Source: Haliotis rufescens
Lineage: Eukaryota
DNA length: 64,000 nt
NCBI RefSeq assembly: GCF_023055435.1
Contig: NW_025963779.1
Coordinates: 60,760,001 to 60,824,000 of the forward strand
Reading direction: 5' to 3'
Shown: positions 48,960 through 63,002 of the stretch, in pieces
Layout: each line of letters opens with the position of its first letter
Position numbering within the stretch: position 1 is the stretch's first letter
Notes under the pieces: model-generated
Told to the model about the DNA's origin: nothing
Seen by the model: the letters and a program-made list of their open reading frames with translations, nothing else
Database searches by the model: none
Translations under genes and position numbers: made by a program

Positions 48960-49120
48960 GGGCGGTCGGGTAGCCTGGTGGTTAAGGCGTTCGCTCGTCA
49001 CGCCGAACACCCGGGTTCGATTCCCGACATGGGTACAATGTGTAAAGCCCATTTCTGGTGTCCCCCGCCGTGATATTGCTGGAATATTGCTAAAAGCGGC
49101 GTAAAACCATACTCACTCAC
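48960..49120 (+). mobile_element. tRNA-derived SINE family B (~160 bp)
   Basis: A box TAGCCTGGTGGTTAAGGCG, B box GGTTCGATTCC, ACTC tail, 14-bp TSD TCTGAATAGCTTCG. Confidence 0.9.
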
Positions 49121-51264
49121 TCTGAATAGCTTCGAATATCATCTTCAACATAATCAGCTTCTCTTTCTCTACATCTAGCATCCAAATTCTCTTGATGACA
49201 TGATTACTGGTTGTAATGGTAGCTTGGGGTGTTTATTTTAGTGGTTAGAAATACGCAGAGTTGCCTCCCCTTCGAACTCCGCATACAAGCTCCTTCCCAG
49301 CGCGACACTTTCGTTACACTCTCGGTAACATGGCTGCCACCTGTTTGGGCGCGGCCATTACAATAATCTTGAAATTTGCCCCTCTAACCCCAAATCAGAG
49401 ACCATATAATCTATTATATGGTCTCTGCCCAAATGTAGTAACGTTTTTACTTCTGTTTATTTTTTGGGGAATGCCATCATAGTTCATTTTGAAAAGGTTT
49501 ACGACTGGCCATATTTTCCAGATGAATTTACTTTTTCGTTTGTATAATCAGATTGGTTCGAGGTTGCAGACTAATGAAAAATCATTTAACTTAGAAATTC
49601 AAATTGACAAACAAAGAAAATAATTAAGCTGGGGTAAGATTATTCGGCCTCGCGGCAATCATCACTTGTTTGTAAACGGTCTTTCGGTTGCGAGTTCAAC
49701 TCCAAGCATGGTTGTGGTCACCTATCACAGTGGGGAGTTTTGACTGGTGGCAGCGATAGTATAGAGAGCTCCGCGAACGTTCTATCGCTGTAAGGAGCTT
49801 GTTCTCCATGTAACAGTTTCCTATGCTTCCGTTTTCCGCTTTTATGTCGCGAAAATCCTGACAGTGCGATGAAAACGATGTCTTACGAAACTACCGTATG
49901 CTGTTCCTGTAATAAAATACTTAGACACAGAAGAGGAACTCACGACCTGCATCAACTGCCACACTTTGTCTTAGATTCTCTCTCTGGTGCTGTCGAAAAC
50001 ATTGTCCTGAAGATGTTGCGACCTCAGTTATCCATTGCATACTATTCACATTCTGTTATTATAAATGTCATTAAGATATTGTTACGATAGATGTTTTTTT
50101 CGAAAGTCACGACTCTAACAATAGACGTCCAATGAAATTACACCCACGTGGGAGAGGAATTATGTGGGAACTTCCTGATAAGAGATTGTGATGCTGACGT
50201 TACTTCCTACAAGTGGAGATTGCTGCAGAGCATCAATTGTTCCCCGCCATATAATGTCACATGCAGAGGAAGGAAGTGTAAGCAATGGGAGGAGAGGATT
50301 GGTGTAAAGTACAAATTGGTTGTTATTAATGTGGTTATCTTTGGAAATTACAATAAAGGAAACAGTGTCTTTAAATGGTCAGCACAAGAAAAAAAAGGCA
50401 GGAAAGCACATAACTGAGCCTGTCAGGCAGAACTTGGTATATACCCACTACTAGTACCAGTAATATATAAAATAATTAATAATTAATTAAGTCCTATATA
50501 TATATATATAACACAAGAAATGTTATTCCTAACCATGCATTGACAGCAAATATCAATGTTTCTGGTCAAAATGTTACAAAAAATGTAATGAATCCACTGT
50601 AAATAGTTCAAATGTCAAAATATGTTCACGCATTTATTAAGGGATTCCCATTTATCACACAGTAAGTTAAGAACATACAGGTCGATCAAGTCATCTATGA
50701 ATATTGAGAATTATCTTACATATCGTAAAAAAAAAAAGCTCATAGGTCACATTTCTCAAAACTTCGTTTAAGTAATCACAAACTAAAAACTGAAACCAAC
50801 CCCATTTGAACAATGTATCAGTGAAACATGTGATGTCTTAGATGAGCAACATTATGCACTGCTTTGCATAAAATACAACCAAGAAAGAGGATCACAAATA
50901 ATCCTCAATCATGATAAAGAATTTGGTACACTCTGTTAAAAGGAACGATTCTTAATATTTTTTTACCAACAGTTATCCAGAAAAAAATTCCAAGATCGGT
51001 TATCATATGTACAATTATAAACAAATTCCTTGTATGTTCAACATTACCATAGTTTTGCTCAGTTTTCATTGTGTTTCCATATCCTTATAATACACTTGTT
51101 TTAAAATAAAATTGTTATAATGTACCTCCTTTGTATTTTGAATGTACCTGTGTGTTTTGCACTTATTGTGCATATATTTTGAAGTTTGTGCCACTGTTTC
51201 TTCACTTAATACACATATCATCTAAAACATCTTTGTAGTATGATAGTTTGTTACATTTTTGTAC

Positions 51265-51510
51265 GGGGGCACGGTTGGCCCAATCGCCTAAGGCGCTGTA
51301 TTCACTATGCAAGAAACCTATGACAGTGTGTTCGAATCCCGGTTCGCCCCGATTATGTTGTCAGCACTATAACCGTACACGTGGGTTTCACCAAAGTGGT
51401 GAACGTCTAAGACCTGCATCACTTCGGGCTTTCCTCCCACGTCAAGCTGACACGCCGTGATATAAGTGAAATACTATTCAAAGTGGAGTTAAACCTAACT
51501 CACTCACTCA
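51265..51510 (+). mobile_element. SINE family A, diverged copy
   Basis: Same head, body and tail with internal deletions. Confidence 0.8.
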
Positions 51511-52882
51511 TTACTCTTTTGTACGGTTCCGTTTGGTTAACTTCCGGTTGAGATTTTTGTTAACTTCCGGTATGTATGTTTAGAAGAATGTTACTATGTT
51601 CATCCCAAACACCGTGAATATATCATTCAACCGTATCGTGTTTAAGGAAAGTAATTGCAAGCTACCGTCCAACCTGTTGATTTCCTATGTATCCAGAAGC
51701 AAAGCAAATATACGGTTGTAAAATCCCTGTCGGAAGTTTTTAAAAAACTGTCAAAGCAATAAAGCATGCAGAACCGTAAACCGCCGCATGAAATGATATG
51801 AATCATGCATTACATACAGTGAACTACTTGAAAGAAGTTATTTTATTGAAAGCATTTGAGATAAAATTAATTATTACTGGCAATTGAAAGCAACTTAAAG
51901 GGAGATAACTCTAAAACGTTTGGAAAGGTTATTCAGGTCATCGGCAGGAGTTATCCTTTCCTGTCTAACTATTAAAGCGAGCTACACTAGGGTTACATTC
52001 AATACTGTGCTCAACTGTGCAAAGCAAGCACCAAACATGTGATTATGTGTGAGTGAGTGAGTGAGTTATTATTTAACGCCACATGGGCAATATTTCAGCC
52101 ATATCGTGACGAGAAGTTACATTTATGATACATTTATGATACATTTATGATACATATATTTAAACTGAATAAAAAGCTGTCAACGAAGGACAGTAGAATA
52201 ACTAGAATATCACAGACTTGATTTAAAACTAGTCGAGAATATTAAAAGGCAGTAAGCATTAATGAACACCACAATATAAAAATGGACTAGAAACCGTCAG
52301 CAACAGAAGGGAGATCACCATACTGGGGACCATGGGGACTTACAGTACTTTTGCTTCCTGCATGGACCCCGGCAGGATTTATATCATCCCTTCAGTCACT
52401 CGCGACAGTGTACCAGTTAAGCCTTAGATTAAAAGAACGAAGATACTACGTTTAAAGCCTAGTGTGCAGAAAAATACTTCGAACGATATGGGACTTACAT
52501 ACCCTCTTAGTGTGATTATGAAGACAACGGAGATAATCACTCACTCTCGGTGATACAGCTCGAATAAGATACGATGTACAGCATTGCAAGGTCAGTGCGT
52601 GATAAAGTTCTATACTACGCCTACAGCTAAAGGAGATAATCGCTCATTGCGCAATAGATTATTCTTAAAAACTAAAAAACTCTTATTCTTTACTTTTAAA
52701 AAGAAAATGAACAAATGAAATGGATTATCTACATCACGAAATATGACTAAATCAGAAAATGAGACAAGCGATTGGTTAAAGCATGTCCGGATTAAGTTAC
52801 TCTCATTTCTTTTTTAAAACTCCAAAGTTTTAGAGAAACCAAAATGGCGCACTCCTTCAGTCAAAAACAAACTAACCCTTAT

Positions 52883-52912
52883 ACTTCCCCGCCTTCAGGG
52901 CGGGGAAGAATA
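52883..52912 (+). mobile_element. GC-rich hairpin resembling a Helitron/Helentron 3' end
   Basis: CTTCCCCGCC-TTCAG-GGCGGGGAAG followed by AATAA. Confidence 0.4.
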
Positions 52913-54639
52913 AGAAACTATGGTTGCGAATGGGTCCAGGATATTTATCATAAAAGAATCAAAATAAACACTGGATACACGACGATTAATAAATATTGTT
53001 GACCTCGAATTAAATCATCATTTTTTATCTACTTTCCATGTTGAAAAGACAAAAAAAAATATTTTAAAAATATATAACAGCAAATTTAAATGGTTATTTT
53101 AAATTGAGAACATTAACTGCGTACCCACTGTGTTGGAAATCTAAGAAATACAATATAAGTGAAAATGTGCAGGTGATACTCACTGGTGCCGCCCACATGA
53201 ACTCAAAAGTTTGCACATATGCCCCCTTGTGATGGCCGCAGTAGCTAACACTGTGATCGAAGTAGGTGTGATTCTACGTTGTGCCAGTTCTCTTATAGTC
53301 TCGACGCAGTTGCGTGTTTTCAAGTTACAGCCTGTTACAGCCTACCGCCCTTGCCTCATTGATTATCAAATGTTCGCACTGAGCTAGAGTTCAAAGTAAT
53401 TTTTTTTAAATTGTCTCATTTGGCGAACAGTCATAACGGTTATCGTTAATGATGTGTATAGTCATACAGAGCGTGATGGTGACTAAATTACCTCTCGGTA
53501 TACAGCGAATGTAAAAAGCGAATGTAAATATACGCATATAAAGATAAGGTGTTGTATCATGGCTGATGGCATTGTTGTCTGGTACCTTTATATGTATTTT
53601 ATAACAGTTGTCAACAAGATAATGGACATGGGTAAAGCTTTTGTTTTGTGTCTGTATGTTTCAAGCACTTCAGTCACGTTGAGCAATTGTTAGTGTGTTT
53701 TCAAACCGTTGGTACCATTAGTCATGACCAAACAAACGCATTCTGTCCCAGCCATCTGTCATCTGAAGTCTGGCTGACCTACAGGAAAAGTTTGTTGTTG
53801 ATCCCCCTGAAAAAAGCCTCAAACAACATAACCATTTTATGTTAGCAAGTTCAAGTTCATTTATTCTCAAAAACCACGTTTGGTGGTACAAGAGCATATA
53901 CAGTATACATAAACATATACAGCATCACAACATTAACTGTTTGATCAAAGACCTTGGTATGAATGACCTATCAAATAATGCCACGTATAAGGCCAGTATG
54001 TTAACTGAAGGAGAAACCTGTCGGAACCATGCATCAACTATCAACATGTGTTTTTTTCAGGGGAACAGTTGACTTGCCTTTGCATGTGTTTGTGACGGGT
54101 GCCATGGGTGGGGCAGGATACGCCCACCTTTTCGCGAACACCTGGTTTCATCACTATTTGATAGTGACTTATAAACACATGCTCATGATTGATTCGGAAT
54201 CGTACTATTGACTGCATAGATTTCTTTTGGATATAGAAAAAGGTATTGTCGCGTTATGTGTTAAGAAAAAGGTAAAGAGACAGGTAGGCTTTGACAGGCA
54301 AACCAGATTATTACAGGCATGCTTCGTTTTGCTATTACAACATTAAGTTCGAACATTTGGGGTGTTTTATGTAACTCGGAACAACACATGGATGAGTATA
54401 TACAAATATTCATAAAATAGAAAGGGCAGTAGCTGTGTGTTCTCAATGGAACGGGACAAGACTGGATTGAAGACCGTACATATAGAACGTCAACCACAGC
54501 CTCTGCTTCAGCCGTAATACAAGTTTAAAGCTTACAGTTGTGTTATTATTGCAATAATAACACAGGGGGAGGAAATGCATTAATAACTGACGAACAGGCC
54601 AGCTTCCTGAGACCAGAATCGACCATCTATTAACCCTCA

Positions 54640-56070
54640 CGTTCTTGACATGAGAAAGAAAAAGAAACTTTCTATCTTTTGTGCTTTTTTAGATTTCTAT
54701 GAAGCATATGACTCCATTGACAGGAACATATAAGGACAAAATTTAGAAAACCTAGTTCCACAAGGTAGAATGTTACATACAATATATGCCTTTCATAGAA
54801 ATGTCTATAGTTTTGTTCGAGTGAACGGACTGAAAACAAGCTGGCTCAGAGTAAGAAGAGGTGTGAAAGAGGGGTGTTTGCTACCCCACTGCTCTTCAAT
54901 GTGTAAATGAATGACCTGGCAGCTACTCTTAAAGACCTAGGGTTAGGGAAAATGTGTGTTTATCCTGGTATGTGCTGATGATATCGTTCTTATGGCAAAG
55001 AATGAACCGGGCCTACATTTTATGCTTGAGTGTCTTAACATGTGGTGCTCTGTGAACAAAATCAGTGTTAACAGTGAAAAGTCAAAACTCGTACATTTAC
55101 GTAATCCTGCAAGACAAAGATCCCATTTGTCTTCAAATGTGGAGATTCACATCTAGAAACTGTCTCCATGTACCGTTTCCTCGGACTGTGTGTAAGCAGA
55201 TTCCTTGACTTTGCTGCAACGACAAGGTATGCAACCCAGTCTGCAAGCAGAGCACTAGGTCTTGCAATAGCCCAAAGTAAACTCCTCGGGGATATGGATG
55301 TTAATGTTTTAGAAGGTTAAATGACAGCCTTGTGTTACCAGTAATTACATATGGTGCAGCTGCATGGGGCCTCAAGGAAATATTCATGCATCAATGCCAT
55401 TCAGAATCGTGCATGCAAATATTTTCGGTAGATATACGCCGACAGACGCAGTGCTAGGTGATATGGGACGGGTACAAGTGAGTATCTTTCAGAAATGTGC
55501 CTCAGTCAGACAGTGGCTGGGACTGGTGACAGTAGGCAGACATCGGATCACCAGAAAGATTTTCTTATGGGAAGATGAAAATAATTCCGCCCGATGCAAA
55601 AAACTTGAATTTCGAATTGCGGAATTTCTTTAGGACTGTGGATATAACTATATGCGCAGCTTCATGGAACCTGAGAGTTAGTAACAACACAGGAAAACTC
55701 CAGACTCTAAAGACTTCTAAAAATGAATATGTTACAGAAAATTACGTAAGTGGAAACATACCGAATCATTACACAGCTGCCTTCTCTAGATGTAGATCCA
55801 ATCAGACTCAAAACTGGACGATATGAAAATATACCTGTTGATGATAGACTGTGTCCAATGTGTGATAACAATTGTGTTGAAGACAAGTCGTATGCTATTC
55901 GGAACTCTCCAATTTATGATGACCGTAGAAGAATCCTCCTTAATGAAGCAGAATATTCTTATCCAAATGTCTATGTTTTACCAGAAGCAGATAAATAACT
56001 AGTGCTCAACCTGAATTAAACTTACATTGCGCCCAAACTTGTTTTAATATGTTAAGAAGACGATGATATT
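54640..56070 (+). mobile_element. Decayed non-LTR retrotransposon (LINE) RT and 3' end
   Basis: FLDFYEAYDSIDR, GVKEGCLL, ADDIVL, C-terminal TGRYENIP...RLCPMC...VED; many stops. Confidence 0.85.
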
Positions 56071-56159
56071 TGTTTATATAAATGATTTTAAAACACTTTA
56101 TATACACCTGTAGATTAATATTTAACATTTAATTACCATACAATTTTATGTATTAATAA

Positions 56160-58166
56160 TGTGTTTGTGCCAAATCTGGGAAAATTAACTCAAAAAAGGT
56201 GAAGCTCACTCCCGCTCATAATCTACGACTCGATCACCAGTTTGTTGCTCTAAGGATCGTGACCAAGGAGATTTTCCTACACAGGATCGACGCTCAGGCT
56301 CATCTGGACGTTTTCAGGATCAGCGATCGCGGGATTCACGTTCAAAGAATGGCACTCCCAAGGATCGGAAATCAGACGTTCGGCTTTCGAAGGATTGGTG
56401 CTCAGCCAAAGATCAACACTCTTCTAAAGATCAGGCTCCTCCAATGATCAGTGTTCTAAGGACATGGATAGGCAATCGGGAGTTCCGCGCTCTCAGGATC
56501 GACGCTCCTCTAGGATCAATACTCCACTCAGGATCGACACTCCAACAGAATCCACGGAACAACTCACTTCCAAAGACTGACGCTCCCCTGAGGCTCGTCA
56601 CTCGCGATCTGAGGGTCGCTTAAACACACATCATCGTCCATGCAGGGACACTTCAGATACTTTGCCTAACGCTTCATAAGACAAATACTATACTGCTTCA
56701 TTGGAACATTCATTGACTTTGGGCTGCTCCTCATCCATCTGTACCATTATCACCAACGGGATCAGCCTCACTCTCATGATTACCATCATCAACCAAAGGA
56801 TTGTGAATGGGAACGCTTCCCTTCGCATATGGAGTCGTACCCTCCTTGGTGTGGGTACTCTTATGATTCATCTTATCCGGATTACAAACCCAGGGATTCG
56901 TTTATTCTGGTCCTGAAGGAAGGCAGCCTCAACTTCAGCATATTTTCAACATGAAACATTCAGCGCAATGTACATAGAGGAACCGCTACATTTCCGGATG
57001 ACGTCAATCAAACTTCCTCATATGATCATTTGTCCCACCGATTTTATGTTCAGTCTCGACCTGCAGGACGTGTACCAGCACATTCCCATCCATCAGAGTA
57101 CCGCCATTTCCTCTGGTTCATTGTCTAAGGCTGCCACTACAAATGAAAGAAGTTCCCATTTGGAATTTCTTCCGCGCAGTGCCTATTTACCCTAATCACC
57201 AAGCCTATCGTGAAGTTCCTACACATCTGAGGAACAGTATTCTTATCATACATCGACGATTGCATTCAGGCAAACAAAGATCCAGACATACGTCTTTAAC
57301 ATCTTGATTTCACATAACGTGTTCTCCATCAACTCGGTTTGCTTGGCAACATCGGCAAGTCCGAGACGACTCCCACTCAACGACTTCAGTTTATCATTGC
57401 CCTCTTCGACACCCACGTGGGCAAGATGTTCGTTCCTCCGGATCGATGGTCATTGGTTCAACATCTCATGATGCTTGGCACTCAAACCACCACCCCTGTT
57501 ATGACAATGGCAACAGATCCTTGGCTTTGACGTTGACACAAGCACTCACTTCGAGGGGTCAACTTCGTCTTCAGCTGATCCAGCTTATCGTCCAGAGCGA
57601 CGATTTCCATACATGATATCCCTGCCACTTCATCTGTGTCGCACCTCCATAGTGGCTAGTAACATCAAATGTTTGCGTTAGATTGTCATTGAGGTCATAC
57701 GCCCCGACCCTTCACCTCTTCGTCAACGCATCGACTGTTGTCTGGGGAGCCCACTTCTACGATCGTCAGATAGCAGGCGCTGGTACGCCAAAGAGAGTGA
57801 CTTCACATCAACAATCTCGAGTTAAAGGCAGTCATCATGGCGATCTCCCATTTGTCAGACCTTTTTCCATTTATCATACATTATGATCCAGTCGGACAAC
57901 AGCCGCTACACCCGTCGCTCGATGTGCTCCATCTTTGCGTCTGACGCATCAACTGATGTCCCTCGTCGCCAAAGGATAATGCAAAGCGGGTAGCCAAGAC
58001 AATTACAGAGGATCACCGTTCCTCTACTAAGACCCTCTACGACCATAAATGAAAGGTGTTTGAGGCCTTTTGTCGTACTCGACCTACTATCACGGATTCG
58101 AAAGTTTCTACCGTTGCTGAACTCCAGTCTCTCATTCGATACTACTGGAAATGTCATCCCATGTCC

Positions 58167-58235
<69 letters not shown>

Positions 58236-58790
58236 TCGTCATTTCACTTTGGCCGATAATCATGTCAGAGAGATCCATGCTCTGGATGTCAACAGCACGA
58301 AAGGTCAGAGAACAGGAAGGATTTTCTGGTCCTTCGCTGGTATTGAAGATTTGTCCTTATGTCTGGTTGGAGCGCTCAGAATCTACTTGACAGCTGCAAG
58401 ACCACTTGGGCGCTCTCGGAAGAGACTCTTCATCCTCCCCTTAACTGCAGCTTTAACCAAAGTTTCCCGTACCACGATCTCCTTCTGGCTCTGGTCGATC
58501 ATCCTCCAGGCTCACACTTTTCTTGAATTGCCCTCCGCCAATCGTGAAGACCCGAGCAGTCGCCTCTACTATGGCTCTACATAGCAACTGCTCTCACGCC
58601 CCCCATTTTGGAAGGCAGTTTCTAGAAGTCGGACACAGTCTTCGCTTCCCACTATCTTCGTAACATCTCCGTTACAGACGTTGAGGGCCAACATCAATTT
58701 GGTCCCTTGGTCCTGGCACAGCAGCTCTCTCATGGAGGTGTATCACCGATACTGTTCGTTGCCCTTCGCCTTGTGTATATACAGAATACA
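56160..58790 (+). mobile_element. Decayed DIRS-type tyrosine-recombinase retrotransposon
   Basis: GGATCGACGCTC-rich low-complexity gag-like part; RT (HFRM, SLDLQDVYQHIPIH, PFGISSA, YIDD); RNase H (LFVNAS..WGAH, HINNLELKAV, SDN); YR (LCLVGALRIYL, RLFI, FASHYLR); (CA)n inserted at ~58168-58233. Confidence 0.85.
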
Positions 58791-59091
58791 AATCTTGGTA
58801 TTTTAATTTCTTTGTTTATTATTATTTATTTAATTTTCGAACTCCCAGATTGAGTACCCAGCTGGAGTGTGGATTCATCAAGGACGTCGCTGCGAGGCGC
58901 GGTCGTTTTTAATGGTGTCACGACCCGTTATTCCGCTCACCTGTGTTTGATGCATGTGTTGACAGGTATTTGTTTGAAGGTCCCTTTTGCGGACTTTGTC
59001 TATCCTTCCTCTTCTCGTTTTAGCATGTTTCAATCCCTCGGGCGTGATTGATAACTTCGACGATGGGTTAAAAGAGATACCGAGCAGGAGA

Positions 59092-59597
59092 CAATCTCAT
59101 TAAAATCAGATCTTATTTCTCGCTACCGCAAAACAAAGATCTGAGGACATTCCATTACGGGTCATGTCAGAGCGACCTTGCTCGAACTTTGACTGACCAA
59201 TGGAATGGCTGACAAGAAGTCGACATTAGCCAATCAGTGAGCTTCTCGTGCTTAACGGAATTGATTTCAAATTGGCGACGACGCTTCGTAACATATTTTG
59301 ACAAGTTCTCGATAAAAAATTTGAAACCTGAACAAAAAAACATTCTAGAGTGACTAATAGATGGTCTACAAAGTAAGGATTCAGTCGTTAAACCCGTAAC
59401 TATCGTTCGGAATACCCCATGTTAAAGTTTTCAAGTATGCATGATTAGAAATCACATTCCGACTGTCACTTTCATGATCTGGTAAGCGACGCTCTGATTG
59501 GTCGGATGAGAGGTCGTTCTGACGTGACCCCTAATTGGATGTCCTCAGATCTTTGTTTAGCGGTAGCGATAACTAAGATCTGATTTTAATGAGATTG
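59092..59597. mobile_element. Non-autonomous DNA transposon with long TIRs (AcademH-like)
   Basis: TIRs over 80 bp starting CAATCTCATTAAAATCAGATCTTA; 9-bp TSD AGCAGGAGA/AGCAGGGGA; internal remnant LKPEQKNILE*LIDG. Confidence 0.8.
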
Positions 59598-60754
59598 AGC
59601 AGGGGAACTCTACTGTCTGTGGGAGATAGTGTTGTGTCTTGTCTTGTTTGGAGACCCCTTCCGGGTCGTTTATAAGCCGTACGCTGTATCGATTATTTTT
59701 TACAGCTACGCGGTCGTTCATGTAACGATGTCATACGTCAAAACACGTAACACATCTACATCTACCCGAATTCTACTGTCATGTCCGACTAACGTATAAG
59801 GATCATATCACCTGTTGTGATGTAATTTCCCGCTAACGAGTTACTGTGCGGACAGTGTTATATGTCTTTATTTGGCTGTTTCAGTTTCCTCTGTATGTTC
59901 CACGGTTGTAGTCTAGCCTAGGCCACAGGCAAGGGTATCTGCGCACCACCATCAAACCATGGGATAAAATACACAGTGTGAGATAGATAAGTTTACAAAT
60001 TTGTAAATTTTACAATGAATTGTATATTTATGATAACTATCTTATCTCAAAGGCTATATGCCATCCCGACCATCCCCGCTTCACAGCTCCCCTTTTCTGT
60101 TAGTTCTATGAAAGAGAATGATTTGGCAGAGGTAAGTATGTAAGCTTGTGGTAGGTCACAGCGCACGGGACTTCAGTGCAAGACCCTATTGTTTGGGTGG
60201 TGACCATGGTGATGCTGGGATGTGTTCGGGTGAACTGTGTTTTAGAAGCTGGGAACTTCATTCAAGCACGTTTCCACATAAGGATCGAAAGAAGAAGGAA
60301 TAAATGCGTAGTGTGTGAAAGGATAAGTATTATAAATATACAGTTTATTGTAAAACCTACGATTATGTGTTTTAAGTTGGGATCCAGTCAGCGCCTCTTT
60401 TACTGTTGATTTGATTAATCATTTGGTCAGTTACAGTAATAAATGAGAACGACAGAATTAATTAAAATCCTCCCTTCTTCAGAAGTATCATATTAAAACG
60501 CCCCATAGCACGCAAGGCGTTCATTTGCTTGCATATATAGTAATGTGAGTATTCAAAGAAAGGCCGAAAAAGTATATTTCTAGTATATTTATTGATATTT
60601 TCACCAGCAGTGTAATAGCATGAGTGCAATATACGTGCAAGTATTGTCTGCAGCTAACCCTTCATATACTTTTACTGTTGTATGACTAATCTAAAATGAT
60701 TAGTCATTCAACTGAATTTTCCAAATTCATTCTCAATACTTTTTTTATTATTTT

Positions 60755-60925
60755 GGGAGACGTGGGGTAGCCTTGTAGGTAAAGCGTTTGCCCGTTGCGA
60801 CGAAGACCCGGTTTCGTTTCCCCACAGGGGTACAATGTGTGAAGCCCATTTCTGGTGTGCCCCGCCGTGATGTTGCTGGTATACTGATAAAAGCGTGTAC
60901 AAATCAAATTCACCCACTCACTCAA
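60755..60925 (+). mobile_element. SINE family B, diverged
   Basis: GGGTACAATGTGTGAAGCCCATTTCTGGTG body plus head and tail. Confidence 0.8.
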
Positions 60926-63002
60926 TCATTACTCACGTATATAAAACTGTTACTAAAGGGTAAAGCTATTTTAATCTTTAAAAATGATATTTTAATTGTT
61001 ATTTATAATAGATATCTGAAATATTATTACATTTTGAAGGATTATAATAATCTATTGATTATGTATCCATATTTGCGATTTCTAGATACGCATCTCCTAA
61101 CGACTATCAATAATAGTGTTACATGCATAATTTTATAATAATTAATTATATTGGAAATTTATTATCTTATTTCATGTCATGCATATTCAAATATTCATTT
61201 GTTTTGGAAAAGAAATGCCAGTGTATTGAGAAATGTTCAACAAGAATCCAGATGAAAAGAAATCATATATTATTTCTGAAATTCATTGCTGTATTGAGAA
61301 GATTAGTTGTATCGTCTAACAAAGGTTCGTGTTCCCTGTGTACGCGGTTTCAACCACAAGTCCTCGGTATAATCAGCCGGCAGATGCCAGCTCAGCTGAG
61401 ATACCATCATCCGACAGGGAGAGAGGCCAGCTTATTGGGGCAGTGTTATCAGCTATCTGACAGATTAGCTCTTTGCTCTAAATTGCCCCAAAACACAGAC
61501 CACAGTGGCCACGGTGCTGGCAGCTAACGACATTCTGAACTGGGTAGTTCATGTTTTACCACAATGCTTCTAACAAATGCTATCTAGTCGGCACATCTAC
61601 TCCACACATGCGCCAGAGAATCATGCCAGAACACATACGTTGCGTTCACTATAAGTGTTTCCCTGTCTAAATCTATGTTGGCGTATATTATTTCAAGTTA
61701 AAATATTCAGTTAAAATATTGCAATAACACAAACAAAACAGTTCATGAATAACTGAATGTGTGTATTTTTAAGCGTCTCTCAAACATGAAAGTGCCGATT
61801 TCTCAAAAATATTGGGGGAAGAAGATAAGTGATTCTGGCTCTAAACCCTCGTATACAGTCTCTCATAATTTCTTTGGAATAGCTTGCGCATTATTTAAAT
61901 CATGTCTAATGTATATGTCAAGTCTATGTAATGCCAAGGTCGGTGGTTGAAATGACATTTGAAAGTGAAAGAACTAATGTTTAATTTCATTTATGCCAAG
62001 AAAGAAATATTTCCGTTTTGATCAAAGATAAGCCGTTTTGTTCTATGTATTGTGTTTCTAAAATAATGATTACTCCCTGTTGTTTTGTGCGCGCTCCAGC
62101 GATGAGCGTGAGTGACACGCGATGGTCAAATGTGTGAGAATGTCTGTGTATTGCAGAGAGATAAAGGCTGAGCATTAATCTTCAGGTATAAATTACTGTT
62201 TTTTGTTTAATATATTATCATGTTATAAGAAATATGTCAACTTTATCGATAATTCATTTTGCATTTTTCAAAGAGCGTGTTGTTCAATTTTCGATCATCT
62301 TTGAGTGCTCAAAATATATGTTGAAAGTATTTCTCATGTTTTATTTACCGTAAATGTGAATTTTCGAGCGAGTTAAATTTAGCGAGAAATCCTTGTTTCA
62401 AATGTAATGTTAACTTTATTGTGGTAATTTTTGGGTGAACTTTATGAATATTTGAATACGTTTCAAGAACTGTAATTGATTTATTTGCTTTATTATCACT
62501 AAGGAGTATATTGATTTCATTTTAAGAAGCTATTTAATGTTACGAAGGACTCGGCCAATAAAGAGTTGAACACTATCTTCTCTTCATCATTTGTACCAGT
62601 TAGACTTTAATTGTCTGTCTGTCTGTGTGACTGTGTGTCACAGATCCACGGCGACGTTGGTAGTTATTCGTGATGTCAACTACTGGTCCGTCTACGCGTG
62701 ATGTGAGCACTTAAAGGGGTTTGCTTAACACCGATTCTGAGTCTATTTCCAATCTAGGTTTGGATATTGAAATGAAATGCCACATGAAATTAAGTCAGTA
62801 TCTGACTGATAAGTGTTGGACTAAAATGACCGACGAAACGTTTTTTGTTTTTTTTACGACAAACCCATTTGCATGATTCAGCAACACTGACCCAATCTTC
62901 GTATTCTGGAGGAAGGGACATTTATGATAAGTATAGAGTGATGCCTGAACAGCTCTTGACACGTCCAACAGCCTCATTTACTTCCCTCCCCTCTCAACAC
63001 AC

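Noticed and set aside
48960-49035. tRNA-Asp gene (also tRNA-like heads at 11280, 37700, 40371, 63141)
   Set aside because: Acceptor stems do not close properly; each continues into a SINE body and tail, several with TSDs.
54085-54150. Possible SECIS or Penelope-terminal hairpin (GTGACGGGTG...CACCTGGT)
   Set aside because: The 3' GA of the quartet is missing, the helix is too short and no apical AA is present; family assignment not supportable by eye.
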